NCBI GenBank assembly: GCA_027620445.1
Contig: JAQBYG010000001.1
Location: 5,115-69,114 of the forward strand
Length of the DNA stretch: 64,000 bases
Source of the DNA: a bacterium
GTDB lineage: Bacteria > Patescibacteriota > Microgenomatia > UBA1400 > PJMF01
Reading direction: 5' to 3'
This document shows, one piece after another, positions 44,796 to 54,043 of the stretch (position 1 is the first letter of the stretch; each line of letters starts with the position of its first letter). The notes below the pieces were generated by a model, which saw nothing but the letters and a program-made list of their open reading frames with translations, made no database searches and was not told where the DNA came from. Both the position numbers and the translations under genes were made by a program.

Positions 44796-45395
44796 TCAGT
44801 CAACAATAATTTGAGTATAAATAAAACAGTGTTTCTTGATATATTTTACAAACTCAGCTTGCTTGGTTTTCGGCAATTTTTTTATGGCCTCATACAACTT
44901 CTTTTTCGCCAATCTCAAACTTCCAAATACGGCCGTTATGTTCACCACCCAATTTCTTCTTTCTTTCCGATATAAAATTGGAGAACTTCCTGTTGAATTA
45001 ATCCCATCTTTTCTCAAATTGTAATGGTGGGATAAACCATTGCGAACTCTCCAGAGTGCATTCGATTGTCTTTTATTCATTCCAAACCAAGTCTCTGCCG
45101 ATTCTTTGAAAAATTTTTGAGTCTCACCTTGTTTTGGAGATCGCATGTGCCAGACCCTAGACAAGCAATCTATCGCCGCAAAATAAGTCAGTAGGTAGGA
45201 AAAAATTGGCAAATGTAAGGTCAGATGTTCAAACAATTTGTCATCAATTTTTTCCTTACTTCTCAAACTATTAAAAAAAATGCCGTTGCAGAACTGCATG
45301 TCTCTGAATGCTACAAGTAAGACACTTTTTCTATTTGTGCCAATTTTAGTGAGCACGCCATCACTAATAAAAAACTCTTCAATGTAATCATTCAT
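44796..45395 (-). CDS. Hypothetical protein with candidate HEPN Rx4H motif
   Basis: 199 aa, very AT-rich gene. ALWRVRNGLSHHY contains R118-N-x3-H123 (plus-strand 45027..45044) in a predicted helical context. No other similarity recognised. Confidence 0.4.
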   Translation of the reverse strand: MNDYIEEFFISDGVLTKIGTNRKSVLLVAFRDMQFCNGIFFNSLRSKEKIDDKLFEHLTLHLPIFSYLLTYFAAIDCLSRVWHMRSPKQGETQKFFKESAETWFGMNKRQSNALWRVRNGLSHHYNLRKDGINSTGSSPILYRKERRNWVVNITAVFGSLRLAKKKLYEAIKKLPKTKQAEFVKYIKKHCFIYTQIIVD

Positions 45396-45415
45396 GTTAT
45401 GTTAAAAAGTAAACC

Positions 45416-46330
45416 TTAATTAAAATACCCCAACCCCCACCACTCGATTGGGTCAACAAATCGATAATTTCTATTCAACTTGGTAAGTTTCTCCATCTCA
45501 GCATCACTCAACTCAAAATCAAACACATTGGCATTTTCCGCAATCCGGTCTGGGTTGGTTGATTTTGGAATCACAACCAAACCGCGCTGCAGTGACCAGC
45601 GGATCAGCACCTGCGCAGGAGTCTTATTGTGTGCTTTCGCAATAGAAAGCACTGCTGCATCACTAATCGGCTTATTCGAAGCATCTCCGTGGGAACCGAG
45701 CGGTGAGTATGCAGTGACCGCAACATCCTTTGCCAAACAAAAGTTGACCAACTCTGGTTGGGCGTTGTAGGGATGGATCTCAACCTGGTTCATGACTGGT
45801 TTGACTTTGGCGTACGTGAGTAAATCAATCAACATGGCTGTAGTGAAGTTAGCTACACCAATAGATTTGACCAAACCTTTTTCAACCAACGACTCCATCG
45901 CGCGCCAAGTGTCTTGGATAGAGACAGGCTCGGTCATAATTAGGCCAGTTTCGTCGAGCGGTTCTTTTTCTTTACTTGGCTTGAATGCAATGCCCCAGTG
46001 GATGAGATAGAGATCTAGGTATTCAAGTTGTAAATCTGTCAAAGTTTGTCTACATGCTTCCTCAACTACATCGGGGTGGTGCTTATTATTCCAGAGTTTG
46101 CTCGTCACAAAAATATCTTCTCTGGCAACATCTCCTTGCGCAAAAACACGAGAAAAAGCTTCGCCCACTTCGGGCTCATTCATATAAATCGCTGCACAAT
46201 CGATGTGTCGATACCCTATCTTAAGCGCAGTTTCTACCGCTGCACCAACTTTGCCTGGTTCGGAGCGCCAGGTGCCGAGACCAAGCTGGGGCATAGTCTT
46301 GCCATTGTTGAGAGTGATAGAGTTGGTCAT
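45416..46330 (-). CDS. Aldo/keto reductase
   Basis: ITLNNGKTMPQLGLGTW, IGYRHIDCAAIY, and a C-terminal IPKS-type motif (VVIPKSTNPDRI). Confidence 0.85.
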   Translation of the reverse strand: MTNSITLNNGKTMPQLGLGTWRSEPGKVGAAVETALKIGYRHIDCAAIYMNEPEVGEAFSRVFAQGDVAREDIFVTSKLWNNKHHPDVVEEACRQTLTDLQLEYLDLYLIHWGIAFKPSKEKEPLDETGLIMTEPVSIQDTWRAMESLVEKGLVKSIGVANFTTAMLIDLLTYAKVKPVMNQVEIHPYNAQPELVNFCLAKDVAVTAYSPLGSHGDASNKPISDAAVLSIAKAHNKTPAQVLIRWSLQRGLVVIPKSTNPDRIAENANVFDFELSDAEMEKLTKLNRNYRFVDPIEWWGLGYFN

Positions 46331-46373
46331 ATGGGTTGATTCTATCATCATCGTCGAGTACCATACCCCTACC

Positions 46374-46913
46374 GTGCTGTCAGAACTCATCTCGCTCCTC
46401 AGTTATCTCGGGATTACCGCACAAAGTGTGGTTCCCATCGGGATTGTGGGATTTTTCCTCTGGTGGTCACTGTCCAAAAAATTAGCGCAGGTAGAAGATA
46501 GAACGGCCGATATCGAAAAAAGCGTCGTCGAAATCCAAGGAATTTTGACCAATAAGTATCGCCTAAAGTTTCAACAAAGTATTGCTAGTAAATACGGCAA
46601 GTCCAATAGTCCCATCGTACTGAAGTCGACATTTAAACCATTTATAACCAAGCCAAAGCTGGATAAACAGATAGAAACGAAAAAACCACAGCTGCTAGAG
46701 TGGCTCGAGGACCAAGAGCCGCAGACTGGCCTCGATGCCCAAGATGCTATATCTGCGCTTGTGCTTTCAGACGAAATTGACCATTTTCTAGATTTGAAAT
46801 CCTACAAGCAGTACCTGTATGAACAGGGTAAAACCTCGGAGGATGCACAAGGCATCCTCATCCTCTATTTATTTGAGGTCTTGATTCCGGAACTGAAAAT
46901 TTCGAAGGCGTAA
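46374..46913 (+). CDS. Hypothetical membrane-anchored protein
   Basis: Track ORF 46203..46913 trimmed to the first in-frame GTG after the oppositely oriented AKR start. N-terminal TM (VVPIGIVGFFLWWSL), then a charged domain. Confidence 0.35.
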   Translation: MLSELISLLSYLGITAQSVVPIGIVGFFLWWSLSKKLAQVEDRTADIEKSVVEIQGILTNKYRLKFQQSIASKYGKSNSPIVLKSTFKPFITKPKLDKQIETKKPQLLEWLEDQEPQTGLDAQDAISALVLSDEIDHFLDLKSYKQYLYEQGKTSEDAQGILILYLFEVLIPELKISKA

Positions 46914-46917
46914 GCTC

Positions 46918-47187
46918 TTACTTACTCAACCCAAGTCGCTCGATGAGCTTCTTGTAGCGCTCTTCTGATCTCTCGAGCAAGAAAGTGAGCAAGCGTCGGC
47001 GTTTGGCCACTTGTTTGAGCAGGCCTCTGCGTGAGTGATTGTCTTTTTTATGACCTGTAAGGTGGTCAGTTAGCTCTTGAATAGAAGCGGTAAGCAGCGC
47101 AATCTGCACCTCTGGCGAACCGGTATCACCCTCGAAGAGTTGAAAATCTTTGATAATTTGGGTCTTTTGGACCTTACTTAATGCCAT
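46918..47187 (-). CDS. rpsO: 30S ribosomal protein S15
   Basis: 89 aa [33 protein letters not shown]...[13 protein letters not shown]. Confidence 0.95.
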   Translation of the reverse strand: MALSKVQKTQIIKDFQLFEGDTGSPEVQIALLTASIQELTDHLTGHKKDNHSRRGLLKQVAKRRRLLTFLLERSEERYKKLIERLGLSK

Positions 47188-47273
47188 GGTATTCCTTTCT
47201 TTATATATTCCCTTGTCTTGTTCGCCTTGCGGCCAACGAGCAAAGTAACCATTTTAGCCTGTGTAGTATATCA

Positions 47274-48752
47274 CTACTCTGCAATGTGGTACGCAACCAC
47301 TCTATCCCCAACCTCAAACTTGAGTTTTGACTGTTTGAAAACTAAGCCTGCTTCACCTTTAGTCTTGACAGAATCTACCTCTTCTTTGCCATGCCGCATG
47401 CTCTTGATGGTTGGTGCGCCAATGCGGTCTTCACCTCTGGCAAGATAAAAGGTATCGGCTTTTTTGATCTCACCAGTTTTTACCTTGATGCCAGCAATAC
47501 GCTCGCCCCGCACCTCAAAAATTTGCAGGATCTCAGCTTCACCAGTCACCACCTCATCGAGTGTTGGATCGATCAACTTGAGCATCTGCTTTTGCAAGTT
47601 TTCGATCAATTCGTAAATAACGTCGTATGACTTAACCCGTACTTTTGCTTGTTTTGCTAAGTTGAGTATCTGCTTGGAAACTTTGGAGTGGAAACTGACA
47701 ACTAATGCACCCGTAGCAGCAGCCAGCTCTATATCTGCCTCACTAACTTCGCCCACTGCAGAGAAAAGTAACTCCGTGCTTTCCGGATCGAGCGTGTCTA
47801 CAATTGCTTCGAGCGTCCCTTGGACGTCGGCACGAATAATCAGCTTCAGGCGTGGTTTGTCATCGAGTAAAAAGTTAAAGTCGAGATCGGTCAGTTCTTG
47901 GCTCATGGCTGCAGTCATCTCTGGTTGAGCTTCTGGTTTTGCCGATTCTGCGACTGCAGTATACTCTGCAGCCTGGTCATGAACAACGGCACCAACAGCA
48001 GGAACCGATTTAAATCCGACTATCTCCGCTGGACTACCTGGTGTGACCGCGTCAACCATCTTGCCAAGTGGATCCAACAGCTGTTTGACTCTACCGTCTG
48101 CTTCTGCGGCAACGATATCCTGGCGCAAACGAAGAGTGCCAGCACGGACAATAACAGAAGCGATTGAGCCGCGACGCGAATCCTTGGAAGACTCGATCAC
48201 GACAGCTTCAAGTGGTGCATCGGGATCTGCCTTGAGTTCATTTAGTTCCGCGAGGAGCAAAATAGTATCGAGCAACGCATCGACTCCCTTGCCAGTTTTG
48301 GCAGAGAGCGGAATGGCTTCGACGTCACCGCCAAAACCTTGTACTAGAATACCGTGCTCAACAAGCTGTGATTTCGCCAGATCTGGTTGTGCATCTGGTA
48401 AATCCATTTTATTTATCGCGACGATGACTGGTAGTTTGGCCTCAGTGATGTGTCGGATCGACTCTATCGTCTGTGGCTTCACCCCATCATTGGCGGCTAC
48501 CACCAACACTACAATGTCGGTTACCTGCGCCCCACGGGCACGCATTTTGTTAAAAGCCGCGTGTCCAGGTGTGTCGATGAAGGTAATCAGCTGCTTTTTG
48601 TGCTCTATTTGATACGCGCCAATGTGCTGCGTGATGCCACCAGCCTCTTTAGCAGTGGTGCGCGATTTTCGAATAAAATCGAGCAAAGTTGTCTTGCCGT
48701 GGTCGACATGACCCATGATCGTCACTACTGGTGGTCGCGTTTGTACTGCCAT
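47274..48752 (-). CDS. infB: Translation initiation factor IF-2 (short form: G domain to C-terminus)
   Basis: PVVTIMGHVDHGKTTLLD, DTPGHAAF, NKMD, then domains II to C2. Confidence 0.9.
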   Translation of the reverse strand: MAVQTRPPVVTIMGHVDHGKTTLLDFIRKSRTTAKEAGGITQHIGAYQIEHKKQLITFIDTPGHAAFNKMRARGAQVTDIVVLVVAANDGVKPQTIESIRHITEAKLPVIVAINKMDLPDAQPDLAKSQLVEHGILVQGFGGDVEAIPLSAKTGKGVDALLDTILLLAELNELKADPDAPLEAVVIESSKDSRRGSIASVIVRAGTLRLRQDIVAAEADGRVKQLLDPLGKMVDAVTPGSPAEIVGFKSVPAVGAVVHDQAAEYTAVAESAKPEAQPEMTAAMSQELTDLDFNFLLDDKPRLKLIIRADVQGTLEAIVDTLDPESTELLFSAVGEVSEADIELAAATGALVVSFHSKVSKQILNLAKQAKVRVKSYDVIYELIENLQKQMLKLIDPTLDEVVTGEAEILQIFEVRGERIAGIKVKTGEIKKADTFYLARGEDRIGAPTIKSMRHGKEEVDSVKTKGEAGLVFKQSKLKFEVGDRVVAYHIAE

Positions 48753-48754
48753 GC

Positions 48755-50026
48755 TTAAAGCGTATCCCGTCCGATGCGCGCGGCATCAAGTTTTGCTTGT
48801 TCTGTTTCGAAAACTGCAATTCTCTTGTCGAGCATCTCGACTTGATCGGCTGCAAACTCAAAATCATGCCACTTGTCTTTGAAGCGACTCAGATCGCCCA
48901 GTGTTGTCAATTTGTGCTCTACCAATTGGGTTCTGGTCTCTTCACTCAAGCCTGGGAACGTATCGATTTCGTACTCTTCCTCGCCAGTAGCGGAGGATTT
49001 TTCTTCGCCTTCGGCTGATACAATCCTAATCTTCCACTGAGAGAGCTTGGCTGCGATACGCGCGTTCTGACCACCTCTGCCGATAGCAAGTGAGAGTTGA
49101 TCATCGGGTGCCGTTACAGTTGCAACTTTGAGCTTTTCGTCTAGTTTGATTGTCAAGTTATCAGCAGGAGCGAGCGCAGCTTGCAGAAGTAACTTAGGAT
49201 TTTCCGAGTATGGGATGATGTCCAGCTTTTCATTATTTAATTCACGGATGACTTCTTGGACGCGAACACCGCGCTGACCCACACATGAGCCGACCGGATC
49301 GACACCTTCTTGGGTAGAACGGACAGCGAGCTTCGTTCTCACGCCTGCTTCACGAGCAATGAGTGCAATCTCAACCGCACCAGAAGCAACTTCTGGTACT
49401 TCACGCTCGAACAACTTGCTCACAAGAGCTGCATCTGAGCGAGAGACGATAACTGCTTGACCGCGATTGGTATCACGAATTTCTTTGATCAACACAGACA
49501 CGCGGTTGTTGATGCGATAGAACTCGCCACGCATCTGCTCTTCTGGAGGCATGATGCCCTGGCCTCGACCGATATCGAGCACAACAGTTCTGCCATCCAT
49601 GCGCAATATTTGGGCCGAAACGACCTCACCCAACTTAGTAGCGTACTCAGAAATAATCTGGGCTCGCTCTGATTCGCGAATTTTTTGCAGCACCACTTGT
49701 TTAGCAGTTTGGGCAGCAATACGGCCAAAACCTGCGGGTGTAACATCTTTTGCTTTTGTCTCATCCCACTTGAGGACCTCGAGTGTTTCCTCGTCTCGCT
49801 CGATTACTGGCGCTTCAAAAATTTTAGATTCGCCTGTACCTGGATCAAGCTCGACAAAGTAGTGAGACTCATCGGCTTCATCTGCATATTGCTTGCGGTA
49901 CGCGGAAACGAGTGCCTGACGGATCGCATCTAAAATCGATTCTGGTTCAATCTTGCGTTCGTTTGCAATCTGATTGATTGCTGCAGCGAACTCAGTTCGG
50001 GCCATGTTATTTGGTGTTTGTTGCAT
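48755..50026 (-). CDS. nusA: Transcription termination/antitermination factor NusA
   Basis: N-terminal NusA domain, S1 and two KH domains. A 2-nt gap to infB. The true start may be an internal ATG (MARTEF...). Confidence 0.9.
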   Translation of the reverse strand: MQQTPNNMARTEFAAAINQIANERKIEPESILDAIRQALVSAYRKQYADEADESHYFVELDPGTGESKIFEAPVIERDEETLEVLKWDETKAKDVTPAGFGRIAAQTAKQVVLQKIRESERAQIISEYATKLGEVVSAQILRMDGRTVVLDIGRGQGIMPPEEQMRGEFYRINNRVSVLIKEIRDTNRGQAVIVSRSDAALVSKLFEREVPEVASGAVEIALIAREAGVRTKLAVRSTQEGVDPVGSCVGQRGVRVQEVIRELNNEKLDIIPYSENPKLLLQAALAPADNLTIKLDEKLKVATVTAPDDQLSLAIGRGGQNARIAAKLSQWKIRIVSAEGEEKSSATGEEEYEIDTFPGLSEETRTQLVEHKLTTLGDLSRFKDKWHDFEFAADQVEMLDKRIAVFETEQAKLDAARIGRDTL

Positions 50027-50051
50027 ATGCGTTCTTTCTCAACTTTGTAAT

Positions 50052-50075
50052 AAAAAGGACCCGTTTTTCGAGTCC
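50052..50075 (-). terminator. Intrinsic terminator downstream of dnaJ (minus strand)
   Basis: Minus-strand hairpin GGACTCG-AAAAA-CGGGTCC followed by TTTTT, in the dnaJ-nusA intergenic gap. Confidence 0.5.
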
Positions 50076-50143
50076 CTCTCCTGTAATTTCGAACCTGCCA
50101 GGCTATTATAGCGCTAACTCGAGAAAAGACAAGAGAAGTGTCG

Positions 50144-50998
50144 CTAAATACCAACTTCTCTCAGCATCTCCGCAGCCCTTTTCTGTTCACCAGAAAGTTT
50201 CGACGGGACCGCAACAATCAGTCTGACGTACAGATCACCCTTGCCAGAGTGTTGCAAATGCGGGACGCCTTCGCCTCTCAGGCGCACCAGTGTGTGTGAA
50301 GCTGTACCTGCGCGCACTTTCAGTTTTAACTTGCCATCAACTGTCTCTACCTCTGTCGTACCACCAAGCGTCGCCAAACTAAACGGAATGGGATGATCGA
50401 CAAACAAATCCGCGCCGTCGCGCTTGTAGCGAGGGTGGGTGCCAACATTGATCGTCACATCAAAGTCGTCAAACCGAATGCGGGTACCGTCGTTGGCACC
50501 GGCAGGAACCTTAATCTTCTGTTTTTTGCCATCAATTGCCACTTCTTTTGTCACCCCACGGACAGCTTCGAGAAACTCAATGCGCATCGAGTAGCGCGGC
50601 CGCTGAGCAGCACGCGAAAATCCCCCGCCAAAAAATTGTTCAAAAATCTCAAAGGGGTCGCCAAAATCGGTATCACCAAAGGGGGATGCTCCGCTGGAAT
50701 ATGTGTAGGTAAATGGTCCCTGACGAGAACCACCTGCAAACGGGTTGCCTCCCATGCCGCTCGCTGGATCAAAGGCAGCATGACCGAATTGGTCGTATTG
50801 TTGTTTCTTTTGTGCGTCAGAAAGTACCTGGTACGCTTCATTAATTTCTTTGAATTTTTCTTCTGCCTCTGGCTTGTTGGATTGATTTTTATCTGGATGC
50901 CACTTGAGAGCCATCTTGCGGTAAGAGGCTTTGATCTCGCTCGCCGATGCTGATTTGGTTAGGCCTAGAATTTCGTAGTAATCTCGTTTGGTACTCAT
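50144..50998 (-). CDS. dnaJ: DnaJ-like chaperone (J domain + G/F region + C-terminal domains, no zinc finger)
   Basis: [35 protein letters not shown] with the HPD motif. No CxxCxGxG repeats, so class B/CbpA-like. Confidence 0.8.
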   Translation of the reverse strand: MSTKRDYYEILGLTKSASASEIKASYRKMALKWHPDKNQSNKPEAEEKFKEINEAYQVLSDAQKKQQYDQFGHAAFDPASGMGGNPFAGGSRQGPFTYTYSSGASPFGDTDFGDPFEIFEQFFGGGFSRAAQRPRYSMRIEFLEAVRGVTKEVAIDGKKQKIKVPAGANDGTRIRFDDFDVTINVGTHPRYKRDGADLFVDHPIPFSLATLGGTTEVETVDGKLKLKVRAGTASHTLVRLRGEGVPHLQHSGKGDLYVRLIVAVPSKLSGEQKRAAEMLREVGI

Positions 50999-51061
50999 AA
51001 GAATAAGACCGCATTGTAACAAAGATTGGGATGGCTGTTAAGCAGACAAAAGTGTTGAGTG

Positions 51062-53335
51062 CTAAATCTTAGATTTGCGGGGCAGAAAAATCACCAGACA
51101 AGCAAGCAGGGTGGTCGCCGTTACAACAAGACCAACATAGAAAGCACGAGGCTCATACCACAACTGCACGTCGTTTCTGCCCTGCTCGAGCAAGATCCGG
51201 CGCATGCCATTGTGGTTGTCAATTTCTACTTCTTTACCATTGACCGTAGCTCGCCAATCTTTGTCATAGCGGTCAGCAACGATCAGCTCACGGCGGTTGG
51301 TTGCGTCTAACAGAAGTGAGATGCTGTTGGGCGTTTCTGTTCTCTCTAACAGCTGGGCAGCAGAGTCGTCTTCGTGGCGAAAGCGTGGCTTTGCAGGCAG
51401 CTGGTAAAGTGCTAAATTGTCAGTTTCTGCGATCAACTCCTCTGGCATTGTCGCACCATAGAGCGGGAACCATGTGTCTCGAACATAGTAAGCTACAGAC
51501 CACTCGGCAAGTGCTTGGTGTGATGTAGGAATTTCGGGCAGATTGTTGATGCTTGCCTCAATAACAGTGCTGCCAACAAATCGCTCCTGCACATCTTGTG
51601 GCAAAAGAGTGGTATACCCATTGATAACCGGAATGCCAAACGCCATATTCCAATCTGGAGTTGCACCTGATCGCATACGCTGTAAATGCTCATAGTTTTT
51701 TAATTCTTTTGCATCGATATAGGAGTCTGAGAATGGCTGGCGAACTGCGAGCGCATCCCAGTAAGCTCCAAAATCGGTGTACGGCGTGTTGTAGTTGCGG
51801 GTTAAAACGCGATACTGTGTTAGGTCTTCTTCCTCCATGAGAGTTATGACCTCATTCTTTGCCAATTCTGTCGAGTATATTTCTTTTGGAGCAAAGAAGA
51901 AAAGATGCGAGGTATTAAAAATAAGATCCAAGGCAACACAAACCAACAGCTGCTTGTACTTTTTTTGCAGCCAGAAAAATAAGGAAAATACGAGCAATGT
52001 AGATGTAAAAGTGGCTGCCTGCAGTATATTTTTGAGTATCAGGGCATCTCTCTCGAGTGTATGAAATACACTTTGAGATAATCGACCAGAAAGCAATAGG
52101 TCGGCTTTTTCCCAGAGTGGTGAAAATGCTCGCGACACCACAAGCCAAGCAACCCCAGCAAGTATGACAGCAAGTGCTGCTAGCCAGAGCACACGTCCCC
52201 AACGAAGCTCATTCTTTGACCTGCAGAAATCAAAACTCCAGCCGATCACCAATGCGCCAGAAAGCGCAGTCAGTTGCAAAATACCGCTGGCACCTCGAGC
52301 GTCACCGAACAGCGGCACATGCTGTAACAAAGAGAACCACGGCATTGCCTCACCAAATGAAAGCAGCAGTGAGACTGCAAAAATCAGCCACAATGTCTTT
52401 ATAAAGCGTGGCGCTTGTTTGAAATATGCCAAACCGACTCCAAGTAACAACAGCCCAAACCAACCAAAGTACATTACTACATTTGGCTGCGCACTCCACA
52501 AAAATCCCCATTTAATACCGAGGGCTGGGTTATAAAAAAAAGTTGGTAAAATTGCATGCATCAGCTCGCCAAGTAGCAGAGATCCTGATCCTGCCTGATC
52601 AAGTGACTGAACTACTCTGGTAGAGTTTGTCAATGTTGGTAAAAAAGGTAACCATGCAACTGCGCTCGCACCAATTGCAACCACCCCCGCCAATAACCAA
52701 GCCTGAACAAACTTTGTCTCCCGCTGCCATGACAAACTGAGCAAAAAACTAAACGCTACAGCATACAGCACATACTGTGGATATCCCCCCAGAAGTTGCA
52801 GTGCTACGAGTAAACCCACTGCGATAGCCGAATGGAGAGAGCGCTGTGCCTCTAGACCAGCCCAAACAATCCACGGCAAGAGACTCAAAGATTGTAAAGT
52901 TGCAATATTATTGATCGAGCCAGCAATTTGTGGCGAACAGGACCATACAATAGCCACAAAATATGCGGCCGTGTATGAGAACTTGAGCCGCCGAGCCAAA
53001 AAGTATGCACCTGCAAATGTCAGTACAAGGTGTGAAAGGATCGTTATATTGAGCGCATTTGCCGGAGAGAGTATGAGGAAAAAAAACGTAGAAGGATACA
53101 AGATTGATTGATTGATATCACCAATCCATGTGATCCCGGCAAGCAGTAAAGGGTTCCAAAGAGGCAGCACTCCCTGTCGCAACCATTCAATCGTGAACAA
53201 CTTTCCGGGAACCATAAGGGAAAAGTTATCGCCATAAAGAAATGTTTTGCCAACAAAAAAATGCCAGAAGCGCCCTACGGCAAGTAGTAGTCCGAGGATC
53301 CAAACACTCAAATAGCTGTTGGCGCGTATTCGCAT
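51062..53335 (-). CDS. yfhO: YfhO-family polytopic membrane protein (putative lipid-linked glycosyl transferase)
   Basis: 757 aa with more than 12 TM helices. N-terminal YGDNFSLMVPGKLFTIEWLRQGVLPLWNP matches the YfhO N-terminal motif. Confidence 0.7.
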   Translation of the reverse strand: MRIRANSYLSVWILGLLLAVGRFWHFFVGKTFLYGDNFSLMVPGKLFTIEWLRQGVLPLWNPLLLAGITWIGDINQSILYPSTFFFLILSPANALNITILSHLVLTFAGAYFLARRLKFSYTAAYFVAIVWSCSPQIAGSINNIATLQSLSLLPWIVWAGLEAQRSLHSAIAVGLLVALQLLGGYPQYVLYAVAFSFLLSLSWQRETKFVQAWLLAGVVAIGASAVAWLPFLPTLTNSTRVVQSLDQAGSGSLLLGELMHAILPTFFYNPALGIKWGFLWSAQPNVVMYFGWFGLLLLGVGLAYFKQAPRFIKTLWLIFAVSLLLSFGEAMPWFSLLQHVPLFGDARGASGILQLTALSGALVIGWSFDFCRSKNELRWGRVLWLAALAVILAGVAWLVVSRAFSPLWEKADLLLSGRLSQSVFHTLERDALILKNILQAATFTSTLLVFSLFFWLQKKYKQLLVCVALDLIFNTSHLFFFAPKEIYSTELAKNEVITLMEEEDLTQYRVLTRNYNTPYTDFGAYWDALAVRQPFSDSYIDAKELKNYEHLQRMRSGATPDWNMAFGIPVINGYTTLLPQDVQERFVGSTVIEASINNLPEIPTSHQALAEWSVAYYVRDTWFPLYGATMPEELIAETDNLALYQLPAKPRFRHEDDSAAQLLERTETPNSISLLLDATNRRELIVADRYDKDWRATVNGKEVEIDNHNGMRRILLEQGRNDVQLWYEPRAFYVGLVVTATTLLACLVIFLPRKSKI

Positions 53336-53338
53336 CGA

Positions 53339-54043
53339 CTATTGGTTGGTTAAGCGCAACTGAACAATGGTGCGAACTGCCGACACCCCATCTCGCCATG
53401 TAATTTTCTTGCCTTCAGAAAAATCTCTTCCTATATAACTAATCGGCACCTCAAAAATTTTGTGGCCGCGTTTGAGCAATTTGCACGTAATCTCTGGCTC
53501 AATATCAAATGCGTTGCTCGTTAATTTGAGTTCGCGCAGCAACTTGGTAGGCACAACTTTGTAGCACGTCTCCATGTCCGACAGTGTTGTGTTGTACAAA
53601 ATGTTTACCAAAAAGTTGAGCACCGAGTTTCCTACCCGATGCCAAAAGAGTAAGTTGAGGTGGGGACCCAAGAAACGTGAGCCGTAGACAATGTCGACTC
53701 TGCCTCGCTTGATTGGTTCTAACAACCCTGGGATATCCTCAGGGTCGTACTCGAGATCTGCATCTTGAATCAACACATACTCACCCGTCGCATGTTCGAG
53801 AGCAAAACGCAGCGCGCTTCCTTTGCCACCATTTTCTTTGCGAAATGTCTTGAGTTTTTTGTGTTTGAGCTTTGCAAGAATTTCTGGTGTGCTGTCGGTC
53901 GAGCCGTCATCAACAACAATCACCTCGGATACGTCCGAGACGCTCAAGAGCTTTTGCAGCACTTCCTTGAGCGTCTTTTCTTCGTTATAAATCGGGACAA
54001 GAACAGAGAGTTTGATAGCGCGTTTCATACGCCTATCATACAT
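53339..54043 (-). CDS. GT2 polyprenyl-phosphate glycosyltransferase (CsbB/GtrB-like)
   Basis: LSVLVPIYNEE...VIVVDDGSTDST...LIQDADLEY (DxD). 1-nt overlap with the dnaK stop. Confidence 0.8.
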   Translation of the reverse strand: MYDRRMKRAIKLSVLVPIYNEEKTLKEVLQKLLSVSDVSEVIVVDDGSTDSTPEILAKLKHKKLKTFRKENGGKGSALRFALEHATGEYVLIQDADLEYDPEDIPGLLEPIKRGRVDIVYGSRFLGPHLNLLFWHRVGNSVLNFLVNILYNTTLSDMETCYKVVPTKLLRELKLTSNAFDIEPEITCKLLKRGHKIFEVPISYIGRDFSEGKKITWRDGVSAVRTIVQLRLTNQ

